A stretch of DNA of 64,000 nt. Origin: an uncultured Acidobacteriota bacterium. Its GTDB lineage: Bacteria; Acidobacteriota; Terriglobia; Acidiferrales; UBA7541. Positions within the stretch are counted from its first letter, which is position 1, and every line of letters begins with the position of its first letter. The stretch is taken from contig CAVRKW010000009.1 of assembly GCA_963721845.1 (NCBI GenBank), positions 232,458 through 296,457 on the forward strand, in the 5' to 3' direction. The translations under genes were made by a program, and so were the position numbers. Shown here one piece after another: positions 38,476 through 48,586 of this stretch. The notes beneath the pieces are model-generated. The model did not search any database. It saw only the letters and a list, made by a program, of their open reading frames with translations, and was not told the DNA's origin.

Positions 38476-39777
38476 TCAAGGGTAGACGCGGTAAATCATC
38501 CGGGGGAAGGGAATTACTTCGCGGATGTGTTCAGTTCCGCAAATCCAGGCCACGGTACGTTCCAGGCCCAATCCGAAGCCTGCGTGGGGTACTGAGCCGT
38601 AGCGCCGCAAGTCGAGATACCACTGAAAACTTTCCTCGGGAAGTTTGTGTTCGCGCAGCCGAGCGATCAGAAGATCGTAATCGGAGATGCGCTCGCCGCC
38701 GCCGATGATTTCACCGTAGCCTTCGGACGCGAGCATGTCGAACCCAAGCGCCAGCTCTGGACGCTTGGCATCGGGCTGCATGTAAAACGCTTTGATGGCG
38801 GTGGGATAGCGATGGACCATCACCGGCCGGTCGTACTGGCTGGAGAGAACGGTTTCTTCGTCGCCGCCGAAATCGTCGCCCCACTGAGCGGGCTTGCCGT
38901 TTTTCTGGAGGATTTCGATCGCTTCGTCGTAGCTGATGCGCGGGAAGGGAGCTTTCACTGGTTCGAGCTTTTTTACGTCGCGCTTAATCATTTCCAATTC
39001 GCGCGTGCGGTTTGCGAGTACTGACTGCACGACAGAACTGACGAGTCCTTCGGCGAGGACCATCATGTCTTCCACGTGCGCGTAGGCGGCTTCGGGTTCG
39101 AGCATCCAGAATTCGGTAAGGTGGCGGCGCGTCTTGGATTTTTCCGCGCGGAATGTGGGGCCGAAACTGTAAACCTTGCCGAGCGCCATCGCGGTTGCTT
39201 CGAGATAAAGCTGGCCGGATTGCGTGAGGTAGGCTTTGCTGTCGTCGACGTAATCGACTTCGAAAAGAGTAGTGGTGCCTTCGCACGCTGCGGGAGTGAA
39301 AATCGGCGGATCGGTGAGCGTGTAGCCCTGGCTATCCATGTAGTTCCGTGCGGCGCGAACGCATTCCGCGCGAATGCGGAGAATCGCAGCTTGCTTGGGC
39401 GAGCGAATCCACAAGTGGCGCTGATCGAGCAGGAAATCAACGCCGTGTTCTTTCAGCTGGATGGGATAGGGCGTCGCTTCGGGAATTTTTTGGACGGGCT
39501 CGACGTGCGTGACGTCCATTTCAAATCCGCCGGGTGCGCGTTTATCGGCGCGCAGTTTGCCGGTGACGATGAGGCTGGATTCCTGAGTTAGATTTCGCAG
39601 AGCTTCAAAGGCTTCGGGACTTTCTTTTTGCGAGCAAACGCCTTGCAGCACGCCGGTGCCGTCGCGAAATTGCGGGAAGAAAAGTTTTCCCGATTCGCGC
39701 ATGTTGTAGAGCCAGCCGTGCAGCGTGATTTCCTGGCCGTCGTAGCGGCCTGCATCCGAAATATTTACAACGGGCAT
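38476..39777 (-). CDS. asnS: asparagine--tRNA ligase (class IIb)
   Basis: About 430 aa. [24 protein letters not shown] motif 2 context and [10 protein letters not shown] motif 3. Confidence 0.88.
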   Translation of the reverse strand: MPVVNISDAGRYDGQEITLHGWLYNMRESGKLFFPQFRDGTGVLQGVCSQKESPEAFEALRNLTQESSLIVTGKLRADKRAPGGFEMDVTHVEPVQKIPEATPYPIQLKEHGVDFLLDQRHLWIRSPKQAAILRIRAECVRAARNYMDSQGYTLTDPPIFTPAACEGTTTLFEVDYVDDSKAYLTQSGQLYLEATAMALGKVYSFGPTFRAEKSKTRRHLTEFWMLEPEAAYAHVEDMMVLAEGLVSSVVQSVLANRTRELEMIKRDVKKLEPVKAPFPRISYDEAIEILQKNGKPAQWGDDFGGDEETVLSSQYDRPVMVHRYPTAIKAFYMQPDAKRPELALGFDMLASEGYGEIIGGGERISDYDLLIARLREHKLPEESFQWYLDLRRYGSVPHAGFGLGLERTVAWICGTEHIREVIPFPRMIYRVYP

Positions 39778-39783
39778 TGATTA

Positions 39784-40602
39784 TCAGCCATTCCTTTCCT
39801 GCTCCACTCGATCAACTGTGCCGCGAATTTCGTCGAGAGTCGGGCCTTGCGCTTGCGCGCGCAATTCAAAAACCAGCGGCAAATCTTTTGGCATGGCGGC
39901 GAGCAACTTGTCCCATTCGATTGTGCCGTCGAAGGGCATCAGGTGCTCATCTTTCTCGCCATGATTATCGTGGATATGCGCCGTTGCCACAAAATCGTGA
40001 ACGCCTTCGAATCCGGAAACGGCTTCGCCTTCAAGATTTGCATGGCCCGCGTCGTAGCAGAGCCGCAGACCGCCGATGCGCGTGTCTTCGATGAAGTGGC
40101 GGAGCTTCGCGGGAGTACACATTTCGCTGGGAGTGTTTTCGAGCGCGAGCGTAACGCCGCGCTGCTTAGCGAACACTGACAGATGCTCGAGTGAAGTAAA
40201 TGCGGCATCCCACGCGCGCGGATTATCGGTATCGCGCGAGCTGCCGAGATGCAGAACCATCAGGGAGAACGGCGCGTGTTCGGCGACGTCGATTGCGCGC
40301 TTGATTTCGTCTACAGCGTCGAGACGGCGAGTTCTTTCCGAATCGCAGATGGAAAGCGAGGAACTGCTTTCGCGTCCTGAGCCGAAATCGCGCGAGGTGG
40401 GTCCATGCAGCGAATCGAGTTTGAGTTTGTGATCTTTGAACCAATCCGCAATTTCGCGCACCAAATCGTTTTCGCGGTAATTGAAATGGTAGCCGGAGCA
40501 AAAAATCTGCACGCCATTAAATCCGGCGCGCTCGATATCGGTGAGCATCGCCGGCGTGAGCTTGTGCTCGATGTAGAGATATGTTGAAAGGATTCGCTGC
40601 AT
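39784..40602 (-). CDS. sugar phosphate isomerase/epimerase (xylose isomerase-like TIM barrel)
   Basis: Start set at MQRILSTYLY, which removes the overlap with ggt. Pattern: HLGS...ALEN...DAGHAN...HIHDN. Confidence 0.75.
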   Translation of the reverse strand: MQRILSTYLYIEHKLTPAMLTDIERAGFNGVQIFCSGYHFNYRENDLVREIADWFKDHKLKLDSLHGPTSRDFGSGRESSSSLSICDSERTRRLDAVDEIKRAIDVAEHAPFSLMVLHLGSSRDTDNPRAWDAAFTSLEHLSVFAKQRGVTLALENTPSEMCTPAKLRHFIEDTRIGGLRLCYDAGHANLEGEAVSGFEGVHDFVATAHIHDNHGEKDEHLMPFDGTIEWDKLLAAMPKDLPLVFELRAQAQGPTLDEIRGTVDRVEQERNG

Positions 40603-40645
40603 CCTGTGGTCCTTCAGTATGAAATATAAAGAGCGCGCCGAATAA

Positions 40646-42550
40646 TCAGTAGCCCAGCGCGGCGCCCTGCCGCCGCGGGTCTGGTGCGCCGAGCTTCGCC
40701 CCGGTTTTCGAATCGATTCCGATGGCATTCACTTCGCCGAGCCAGGAGCGCCGCATCACTTTGTAGCCCATCGCGGTCAACTGATCCTCGACGGCTTTTG
40801 GAAATGTTTGCTCGACGATCAGCGTGTCTGGCATCCATTGATGATGGAATCGCGGCGAGTTGATCGCAGACATCGCGCCCGCTGAATCGAGCGGACCGAA
40901 ATGCATCCAGTTGAGAACCGAGAGCATTACCGCCGAAATAATTTGCGGCCCGCCGGGCGAGCCGGTGACGAAGCTGAGCTTGCCATCGCGCAAAAGAATC
41001 GTAGGCATCATTGAACTGAGCGGGCGATGACCCGGAGCGATTGTGTTGCCTTCGCTCTGCGTGAGGCCAAACATATTTGGCTGGCCGGGCTGCGCGGTGA
41101 AATCGTCCATCTCGTCGTTGAGCAAGAATCCACCGGGAGCGGTGACTGCCGCGCCGTAGCTATCGTTGATCGTGTAGGTGTTGGAGACGGCGTTGCCGTC
41201 GGAATCCACCACGGAAAAATGTGTGGTGTGTCCGCCGCGCTGCGCTTGTTGAATCGAAAGCGCCGCAGCTTGCTCGCGCGTTAATTCTTCGAGCGGTTGG
41301 GATGCGGGCGCGGCTTTCGTGGCGCCATCGAACGGAGCGGGATTTCCAGCACCTTCGGCGGTACTTGATCCGGCGTGCGCGGGATCGATCAATTGCCTGC
41401 GTTCGGCCGCGTAGCGCGGATCGGTCAGACCTTTTGTTGGAACGTGCGTGAAATCCGCGTCACCCAAAAATGAAGCGCGATCAGCGAATGCTAGGCGCAT
41501 CGCTTCGGCGACCCAGTGAACTGAGGTTGCATCGTTCCAGCCCTTTAATTGTTGGGGCGCGAGAATATTCATCGCCTCGATCATCACGATGCCGCCGGAA
41601 CTTGGCGGCGGGCTGGTGATCACGTCCCACTTGTCGGCGCCAATCGAAAAGCTCGCTTTCAGAGGCTGGCGCATCTTCGCTTTGTACGCGGCGAGATCCT
41701 CCATCGTTATCAGACCGCCGTTTTGCGCCATGTCGTCGGTGAGCTGCTTGGCGGTTTCGCCGCGATAAAATTCCTCGGGACCATTTTTTGCAATGCGCCG
41801 CAGAGTATCGGCGAGGTCGGGTTGCTTCAGCGAATTTCCCGCGGCGTAACCAGCGCCGTCGTTGAGGAATATTTTCTTGCTGCGGTCGAATTGCTGAAGC
41901 CGCGGTGTGGCATCGTGCAGCGAAGTGGCTAGTTTTTCGCTGATCGTGAAGCCGGCCGCGAGGCGAATTGCGGGGGCCATTACGTCCGCAAGTTTCATTC
42001 GGCCGTAAGTCTTTAGCGCGAGTGCCATTCCTGCGACAGTGCCCGGAACTCCCACCGCGCGATAGCCGGTGCGTGAAGCATCCGAATCGTAGGTGCCATC
42101 TGCTTTGCGATACATTTCGCGCGTGGCTTTCGCGGGAGCTTCTTCGCGGTAGTCCACGAAATTTGTGCGGCCATCCGCAAGACGCACGAGCATGAATCCA
42201 CCGCCGCCGATATTTCCTGCGCGGGGCTCAACCACCGCGAGCGCGAATGCGACTGCGACCGCGGCATCCACCGCATTGCCGCCTTTTTTCAAGATTTCAA
42301 TTCCAGCTTTGTCGGCGAGCGCGTTGTCGCTGACGATCATCGCTCCGGGGCCGGGAACCGCGCTCTTCGGCCAATTTAATTTCGCGATGTTCGTTTCTTT
42401 GTATTCAAGCGGCCCACTAGATTGCGCCGCCGGTTGCGCTGTGGACTGTTGTGCGGGGGCTTGCGCGCCAACTTTTTCGTACGCGCCCGCACAGACCACC
42501 ACCGCGGCCGCCAATATCGCTGCAAAAATACCGACTCTTGTGCGTTTCAT
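40646..42550 (-). CDS. ggt: gamma-glutamyltransferase
   Basis: Signal peptide. Autoprocessing site context GGHTTHFSVVD. GSPGGPQII near the C-terminus. Confidence 0.93.
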   Translation of the reverse strand: MKRTRVGIFAAILAAAVVVCAGAYEKVGAQAPAQQSTAQPAAQSSGPLEYKETNIAKLNWPKSAVPGPGAMIVSDNALADKAGIEILKKGGNAVDAAVAVAFALAVVEPRAGNIGGGGFMLVRLADGRTNFVDYREEAPAKATREMYRKADGTYDSDASRTGYRAVGVPGTVAGMALALKTYGRMKLADVMAPAIRLAAGFTISEKLATSLHDATPRLQQFDRSKKIFLNDGAGYAAGNSLKQPDLADTLRRIAKNGPEEFYRGETAKQLTDDMAQNGGLITMEDLAAYKAKMRQPLKASFSIGADKWDVITSPPPSSGGIVMIEAMNILAPQQLKGWNDATSVHWVAEAMRLAFADRASFLGDADFTHVPTKGLTDPRYAAERRQLIDPAHAGSSTAEGAGNPAPFDGATKAAPASQPLEELTREQAAALSIQQAQRGGHTTHFSVVDSDGNAVSNTYTINDSYGAAVTAPGGFLLNDEMDDFTAQPGQPNMFGLTQSEGNTIAPGHRPLSSMMPTILLRDGKLSFVTGSPGGPQIISAVMLSVLNWMHFGPLDSAGAMSAINSPRFHHQWMPDTLIVEQTFPKAVEDQLTAMGYKVMRRSWLGEVNAIGIDSKTGAKLGAPDPRRQGAALGY

Positions 42551-42617
42551 GAGCGTCTCTCGAAAGCGAATCGAATGTATGCGAAAGGTGCGGAAGCGTC
42601 AAGGAATCCGCGCGAGA

Positions 42618-45600
42618 TTAGGCCTTATCTTCGGGATCGCCCACCCCGAAATAAGTGCAATCGGGATGCTGGAAGACGAGCGCGCTGACGCTTGCTTCGG
42701 GGTCCATCATCATGCCTTCGGTGAGCTGCACGCCGATTTCGTCGGGGTGAAGCAGCTTCCAGATTCCAGCCTGATCATCGAGATTCGGACACGCTGGATA
42801 GCCAAAGCTGTAGCGCTTGCCGCGATATCGCGAAACGAATCGCTCCTGCATCGTAAGCGCGGGCGGATCAGGAAACCCCCAATCTTCGCGGACGCGGCGG
42901 TGCAGCCATTCAGCGCAGGCTTCGGCGGTTTCGATGGCAAGAGATTGCAGCGCGTGCGAACGGAAATAGTGGCCCGCATGCTTCGCTTCTTCGGAGCGAG
43001 CGCGAATGCCTTCACCGGCAGTGACGACAAAGAGCGCGAGATGATCTCGCGCGCCATTTGCCGCGTTCAAAATGTAATCGCTGAGGCAGAGTCCCGCGGG
43101 AATGCGCTGGCGCTCGAAAGTGAAAATGTGTTGCGGTGAAGCGGCGCCGGGCTCGAAGAGGGCGATGGAATTTCCTTGCCGTTCGGCTTCGAAAAACTGC
43201 CAAACCGCGCGGACCTTCATGAATTTTGCGGCTTCGACTTTCACTTCTTCCACGTTGTTGAAAAGTTCCAGCGCGCCGGGTTCACGATCGGCGAGGGCTT
43301 TCTCAAAATTTCCGCGATAGCCGAGATGCCTGCAATAGAGCATCAGCGGGTTGATGTAGCTCCACACGTCGGGAAGATCGGGAACCTCGCGTACTTTGCG
43401 ATCGAGATACGCGACGCTTGGAATCGGGATGTTTGTGCGCACTTTCGGCGAGCGTGCATCGCTTGCGGCAACTGCCGGAGCTGTGAGCTTCACGCTACCC
43501 CCGTCGGCCGCGCCATCAGCGGCCATGTGATCGCGAAGCACCGCTTCGCGCGTCGCGGGATCGGAAAGATGATTCATCAGGCGGAGACCTGACATTGCGT
43601 CTTTCGCGTAGCAGACCGCTTTCGCGTAGCTCGGCGCAATTTTTGTGCGCGTAAATTTGTCGGAGAGCGCGGCTCCACCAACGAGCAGCGGTACTTGAAT
43701 GCCAGCTTCGCGCAAATCGGCGGCGGTGATCACCATTTGCTGCGCACTTTTTACGAGCAGGCCGCTCAGGCCAATGGCATCTGGTTTGTGATCCTTGAAC
43801 GCCGCGATCAAAACTTCCGGTGCGACTTTGATTCCGAGATTGATCACGTCGTAGCCATTGTTTTTGAAAATGATTTCGACGAGATTTTTTCCGATGTCGT
43901 GTACGTCGCCTTTCACTGTGGCGAGCACAACTTTTCCGCGAGAGGTCACGTCGGCCTTTTCCATGAATTGCTCGAGGTGGCTCACCGCAGCTTTCATGGC
44001 TTCCGCCGATTGCAAAACTTCGGCGACGATCAGCTCGTTGGCGTTAAAGAGGCGGCCGACTTCGGCCATGCCGGTCATCAGCGGACCATTGATGATGTCG
44101 AGCGGCTTTGCGCCCTCAGCGCGTTTGCGTTCGAGATCTTCCACCAGGCCGTCGCGCGTGCCTTCGATGATGTAATTTGCGAGGCGCTCGTCGATCGGAA
44201 GTTGCTCGGTGGATTTTTCCTTTTTCTTGGTGATACGAAAGTGTTCGGTGATTGCGGCGATGTGATATTGGTTGATGGCGATTTTTTGTTCGCGTGTTTG
44301 CTGGCGCCAGTCTTCAGGCGCGCCACTCAAAAGTTTCGCCTTCGAGTGATCGGCAGGAATATTTTTTGGCGGATGGTTGTAGAGCAGATCTTCCGCGAGT
44401 TGGCGCTCGTGCAGCGGGATGGAAGCGAATCGCTCGATGCGCTCGGCATTCACGATTGCGAGATCGAGACCGGCTTTTGTGCAGTAATACAGGAAGACCG
44501 AGTTGACGACTTCGCGCGCGCCTGCCGGGAGGCCAAAACTGACGTTGCTGATTCCCAGCACCGTCCGCACGTACGGGATTTTTTCCTTGATGAAGCGGAT
44601 GCCTTCGATCGTTTCTACCGCGCCGCCGACGTAATTTTCATCTCCCGTGGCGCATGGAAATACCAGCGGATCGAAAATAATATTTTCGGGCGGTATTTCG
44701 TACTTGCCGGTGAGCAATGCGTATGAGCGCTCCGCGATCGCTAGCTTACGTTCGCGTGTGAACGCCTGCGCCTGCAGCGGATCTTCATCGATGCAGCCGA
44801 CGATCATCGCCGCGCCGTAATCGTGCGCCAGGGGACATACGCGCTCGAATTTCTCCTCGCCATCTTCCAGATTGATCGAGTTGATGATGCTCTTTCCCTG
44901 GCTGTATCGCAGCGAAAGCTCGATCCCTTTCGGATCGGTGGTGTCGATCATCAGCGGCGTTTTGATTTTACGAATTAGTTTTTCGTAAAACGGAGGAATG
45001 TCGCGCAGCTCTTCGCGTTCGGTGGATTGCAGGCACACATCCACAATCTGCGCGCCGCTGCGCACCTGGCGGCGGCCGATTTCGCTGGCCTCTTCCCACT
45101 TTTCTTCGGCGACAAGATTTTTGAAGAGCCGCGAGCCGATTACGTTTGTGCGTTCGCCCACCAGCAACGGGCGCGTGGATTCTTCCGCCTCCGCGATTTC
45201 GATTCCCGAATACACGGCGCGGTGCGATGGCTCCGCCGGATGGCGTGGAGCTTTGCCGTCCGCTGCCTGCGCGATAGCGCGTATGTGATCGGGAGTTGTG
45301 CCGCAGCAACCGCCGACAATATTCAGCCAGCCATTCGCCATGAAGCGATCGAGTTGTTCGGCGAGAGTTGTCGGTGTTTCGAGATATGCGCCTTCTTCGT
45401 TGGGCAAGCCCGCGTTTGGATAGCACGATACGAATCGCGGCGTGAGGCTCGCAAGAGTGCGAATCCGGTCAGTCATAAACTCGGGACCGGTGGCGCAATT
45501 TAGGCCGATCGACAAAAGTTTTAGGTGATCGAGCGAAGCCCACAACGCCTCGACTCCCTGGCCTGCGAGCATCGTGCCCATCGCCTCGATCGTCGCGGAA

Positions 45601-46190
45601 ATCATCAGCGGAATGGTGTGGCCGATTTCGCGCCCGAGTTGCTGGATAGCCAGCACGCCCGCTTTGATGTTGCGCGTGTCCTGACAAGTTTCGAGCAGCA
45701 GAATATCCGCGCCGCCATCAATCAGGCCGCGCGCTTGCTCGTGGTAATTGTCGCGAAGTTCTTCGAAGGTTGTGCCGCCGGTCACCGTCAGCGATTTCGT
45801 GGTTGGGCCCATGCTGCCCGCGACGAATCGCGGCTTCGCTGGAGTGGCAAGCTGATCTGCGGCACCACGCGCAAGTGCAGCAGCGGCGCGGCTTATCTCG
45901 TAAGCGCGCGCGGCGAGACCGTATTCAGCGAGCACAATGCCCGTGCTGCCGAATGTATTCGTCTCGACGATGTCCGCGCCGGCCTCGAAATATTTGCGAT
46001 GAATACCCGTAATCACATCGGGCCGCGTGATCACCAGATTCTCGTTGCAGCCCTCAAGCTCCGGGCCGCCGAAATCCGCAGCCGTCAGATCGGCCTGTTG
46101 CAGCATCGTGCCCATCGCGCCATCGAGCACGAGGATACGCTGGCGAAGTAATTCGCCCAGTTGCTGCGCGCGTTCGGTAAGGTTTTGCAT
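42618..46190 (-). CDS. metH: cobalamin-dependent methionine synthase
   Basis: 1190 aa. Contains the Hcy-binding, pterin-binding, B12-binding (GDVHDIGKN) and AdoMet-activation domains. Confidence 0.97.
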   Translation of the reverse strand: MQNLTERAQQLGELLRQRILVLDGAMGTMLQQADLTAADFGGPELEGCNENLVITRPDVITGIHRKYFEAGADIVETNTFGSTGIVLAEYGLAARAYEISRAAAALARGAADQLATPAKPRFVAGSMGPTTKSLTVTGGTTFEELRDNYHEQARGLIDGGADILLLETCQDTRNIKAGVLAIQQLGREIGHTIPLMISATIEAMGTMLAGQGVEALWASLDHLKLLSIGLNCATGPEFMTDRIRTLASLTPRFVSCYPNAGLPNEEGAYLETPTTLAEQLDRFMANGWLNIVGGCCGTTPDHIRAIAQAADGKAPRHPAEPSHRAVYSGIEIAEAEESTRPLLVGERTNVIGSRLFKNLVAEEKWEEASEIGRRQVRSGAQIVDVCLQSTEREELRDIPPFYEKLIRKIKTPLMIDTTDPKGIELSLRYSQGKSIINSINLEDGEEKFERVCPLAHDYGAAMIVGCIDEDPLQAQAFTRERKLAIAERSYALLTGKYEIPPENIIFDPLVFPCATGDENYVGGAVETIEGIRFIKEKIPYVRTVLGISNVSFGLPAGAREVVNSVFLYYCTKAGLDLAIVNAERIERFASIPLHERQLAEDLLYNHPPKNIPADHSKAKLLSGAPEDWRQQTREQKIAINQYHIAAITEHFRITKKKEKSTEQLPIDERLANYIIEGTRDGLVEDLERKRAEGAKPLDIINGPLMTGMAEVGRLFNANELIVAEVLQSAEAMKAAVSHLEQFMEKADVTSRGKVVLATVKGDVHDIGKNLVEIIFKNNGYDVINLGIKVAPEVLIAAFKDHKPDAIGLSGLLVKSAQQMVITAADLREAGIQVPLLVGGAALSDKFTRTKIAPSYAKAVCYAKDAMSGLRLMNHLSDPATREAVLRDHMAADGAADGGSVKLTAPAVAASDARSPKVRTNIPIPSVAYLDRKVREVPDLPDVWSYINPLMLYCRHLGYRGNFEKALADREPGALELFNNVEEVKVEAAKFMKVRAVWQFFEAERQGNSIALFEPGAASPQHIFTFERQRIPAGLCLSDYILNAANGARDHLALFVVTAGEGIRARSEEAKHAGHYFRSHALQSLAIETAEACAEWLHRRVREDWGFPDPPALTMQERFVSRYRGKRYSFGYPACPNLDDQAGIWKLLHPDEIGVQLTEGMMMDPEASVSALVFQHPDCTYFGVGDPEDKA

Positions 46191-46364
46191 TTTTACGGCG
46201 TGGGCATTCGATGACGGAACGCCTACTGAGGATTCTTGCTTACGAGGATGGTCCAGTGTGTTGTTTAGAGTAGCCTCGGCATCGTAACTGCAAACAATTC
46301 CCTTATCGTACTTGGGCCAATATTGCGTGCACTGCTCGCCACTGACCGCAAAATGTCCGAATGC

Positions 46365-47246
46365 TTACGCCTTTGCCTGTTCTGCTCCACCAGCAACAAA
46401 ATCGATTTCGCCTGTGCTTGGAATCAATCCAGCCTTCGCGCCGCGATCCAGAAATTCGCGGACTGCTTTCTGCCCAGGCTCACCGTAACCAAGCGTCCAT
46501 TTGTTTACATACATGCCGACGAACTGATCGGCAAGTTCGGTTTCCATGTCGCGCGCAAACTGCATGGCATAATTCAGCGCGGCTTCGCGGTGCTCAAGCC
46601 CAAATTCCACGCTGGCGCGAATTGCTTGCGCAACGCGGCGCCCGGTGTCGGGTCCCAATGCGCGTCGAATTGCGTTGCCGCCCAGTGGTAGCGGAAGCCC
46701 GGTCTGTTCATGCCACCATTGGCCAAGATCGGCAACGCGGTGTAGGCCCTCCTGCGGGAACATCAATTGCCCTTCGTGAATCAGCAATCCCGCGGGCACC
46801 GTACCGTCTTTCACCGCTTCCACTATTTTATCAAACGCGATTACGACCGTTTCAACGCGCGGCTCGAAAAGTTTCAGTGCCAGATAAGCGCTCGTGCGAA
46901 GCCCGGGAACCGCGATTCGGCTGCCCGCCAAATCCTCGCGGCGCATGGGTTTTTGCGAGACGATTAGCGGGCCATAGTTATCGCCGAAGCTCGCACCGCA
47001 ATCCAGCAGCGCATATTTCTCGCGCAGATATGGATATGCAGCGAAGCTGATCGCTGTGACGTCGTATGTTTCAGTATCAGCAGCGCGATTCAGCGACTCG
47101 ATGTCCGCCAGGGTGTGAGTAAATTTCAGCCCTTCCACACGGACTTTGTTCGTCGCCAGCCCGTAAAACATGAACGCGTCGTCGGAATCCGGCGAGTGGG
47201 CCAGCTTAATCTCGGTAACCTGTTGTGCCGCCTGATTTGTCGCCAT
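46365..47246 (-). CDS. MqnA/MqnD/SBP-family protein (futalosine-pathway-like)
   Basis: KLAHSPDSDDAFMFYGL...GLPLPLGGNAIRR resembles the VitK2_biosynth (MqnD-like) family. ATG at 47246 preferred over TTG at 47255. Confidence 0.6.
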   Translation of the reverse strand: MATNQAAQQVTEIKLAHSPDSDDAFMFYGLATNKVRVEGLKFTHTLADIESLNRAADTETYDVTAISFAAYPYLREKYALLDCGASFGDNYGPLIVSQKPMRREDLAGSRIAVPGLRTSAYLALKLFEPRVETVVIAFDKIVEAVKDGTVPAGLLIHEGQLMFPQEGLHRVADLGQWWHEQTGLPLPLGGNAIRRALGPDTGRRVAQAIRASVEFGLEHREAALNYAMQFARDMETELADQFVGMYVNKWTLGYGEPGQKAVREFLDRGAKAGLIPSTGEIDFVAGGAEQAKA

Positions 47247-47781
47247 AGTGTCCAAGCCTGCTTACTTATGCCGGTTGTTTCAGTTTCGATGCGATGCCTT
47301 GAATCCCGATTTGCGCTTGGATCGCGCTCCAAGACTGCCAGCCGTCGAGGACACTACGCCCCTCTGCGGTGATCCAGTTTCAATCCAGGTTCGCGACTTT
47401 GGCGGGAACTAACCGGAGCGCGAATCTTGCTCACTCCAGTTCCTAGCCTCCAACCCCAGAAAGCCCAAGCAACACCAAAAGCGTAACACACCATTTGCTA
47501 GCCGCCAACTACCCGGATGTTAGCAGTTTAGTTATAGACGCGAAGCGAGCTGCAGTGCGCGTCTATGGAATCTTGAAAGACTCAACGATTAGCGGGTCGC
47601 CTCAGATATCGACGGTAACAGTTAGGTGAAAGTTTTTTCGGTTGAGACCCCATGGAGCGCTCAGGAGCATCCAACCGTTGTATATGTGGTTGCTGTCAGT
47701 TCCCGAAAATCAGGCTCAGAGAATCCGCGGGAAGGCAACCCCATAAGGTAAACACAGTAGGGCACATAATTGATTTTGGGG

Positions 47782-47810
47782 TTGACGCAGCAACGGGCTG
47801 ACCCTACGAT
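47782..47810 (+). promoter_or_regulatory. candidate promoter (TTGACG - 17 nt - TACGAT)
   Basis: Hexamers and spacing were read directly, about 28 nt upstream of the GTG at 47838. Confidence 0.3.
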
Positions 47811-47837
47811 ACCTATCGGCCCTCTTGGAGGTTGTAC

Positions 47838-48488
47838 GTGCGCAGAATTGTTCCCGTTCTAGCGTTGGCAATATTAGTTTGTTGCGTTGCGTTTTCTGCG
47901 AGTCCCGCATTTGCGACTCCGAACGCAACCGCACCCGTAGGTGTAGTGCTGCTTGGGCAGGGCGCGCAAGTCAGCCAAATCACGGCTCAAAACGGTACGT
48001 CGTTGTATGCCGGCGACACGTTGAACACCGACGGGACGGGGTCGCTGCGTGTGCGCTTCGGCACTTCGCAATTGATGCTCGGTCCGGCCACGGTCGTAAA
48101 AGTGGTTGACGGCAAGAACGGCGTTGCTTTGGTTCTGCAGCACGGCGTCGTGAGATTTTCCGCGGCTGGATCGCCTCTCGAATTGCGCGCGCTGGCTGCG
48201 GTTGTGCAGCCGGGCGAAGATGCATCGGGGCAATTGTCGATTGTGGGTCCTAGCGAATTTCAGATTGGCAGCACCAAGGGCAATCTGAATGTGGATATCG
48301 ATGGCGTGGACAAAGTCGTCTCTGAATCCACAGCCTACGATGTGACGCTCGAACCTGCACCGGGTCAGCCTGATACGGTTGGTGGCGGCAAAGTGCGCGG
48401 TCTGTGGATTCTTATTTCGCTGATTGCATTGCTGACGGCGTTGGGATTGTATGCAGCGCTTCTTAGCCGTAGCCATTTTTCACACTAA
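47838..48488 (+). CDS. hypothetical exported protein with FecR-like region and C-terminal TM anchor
   Basis: GGAGG lies 7 nt upstream of GTG 47838. Signal peptide ...FSASPAFA. The pattern GDTLNTDGTGSLRVRFGTSQLMLGPATVVKV resembles FecR domains. Confidence 0.6.
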   Translation: MRRIVPVLALAILVCCVAFSASPAFATPNATAPVGVVLLGQGAQVSQITAQNGTSLYAGDTLNTDGTGSLRVRFGTSQLMLGPATVVKVVDGKNGVALVLQHGVVRFSAAGSPLELRALAAVVQPGEDASGQLSIVGPSEFQIGSTKGNLNVDIDGVDKVVSESTAYDVTLEPAPGQPDTVGGGKVRGLWILISLIALLTALGLYAALLSRSHFSH

Positions 48489-48527
48489 ATTTTTCTGAGC
48501 GAACTCGAGTTCGTTTGAATTCTTCGA

Positions 48528-48560
48528 GGCGGGGCGCAATCGCGTTCCGCCTTTTTATTT
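48528..48560 (+). terminator. rho-independent terminator
   Basis: ggcggggcgc-aatc-gcgttccgcc stem (includes G-T pairs) followed by tttttattt. Confidence 0.7.
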
Positions 48561-48586
48561 GGTACTACCAGCGTGCGGTGATTTTG

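Noticed and set aside
39784-40728. Extended N-termini of listed ORFs, also at 20192..21343, 24209..24934, 36294..37526 and 9054..12068.
   Set aside because: Internal Met starts remove overlaps with upstream genes and begin where family-typical sequence or signal peptides begin. The upstream extensions are Arg/Ser-rich and unconserved-looking.
43695-44726. A 343-aa + strand ORF inside metH. Similar long antisense or alternate-frame ORFs occur at 48911..49780, 54676..55734, 51294..52250 and 51976..53031.
   Set aside because: All lie opposite to, or out of frame with, genes that have strong family signatures. This is typical of high-GC antisense open frames.
46191-46364. A cobalamin or SAH riboswitch immediately upstream of metH.
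   Set aside because: I could not find the B12-box/GCCACTG context or the SAH-element core in either this spacer or the 47256-47520 leader. An Infernal scan is needed for a definitive answer.
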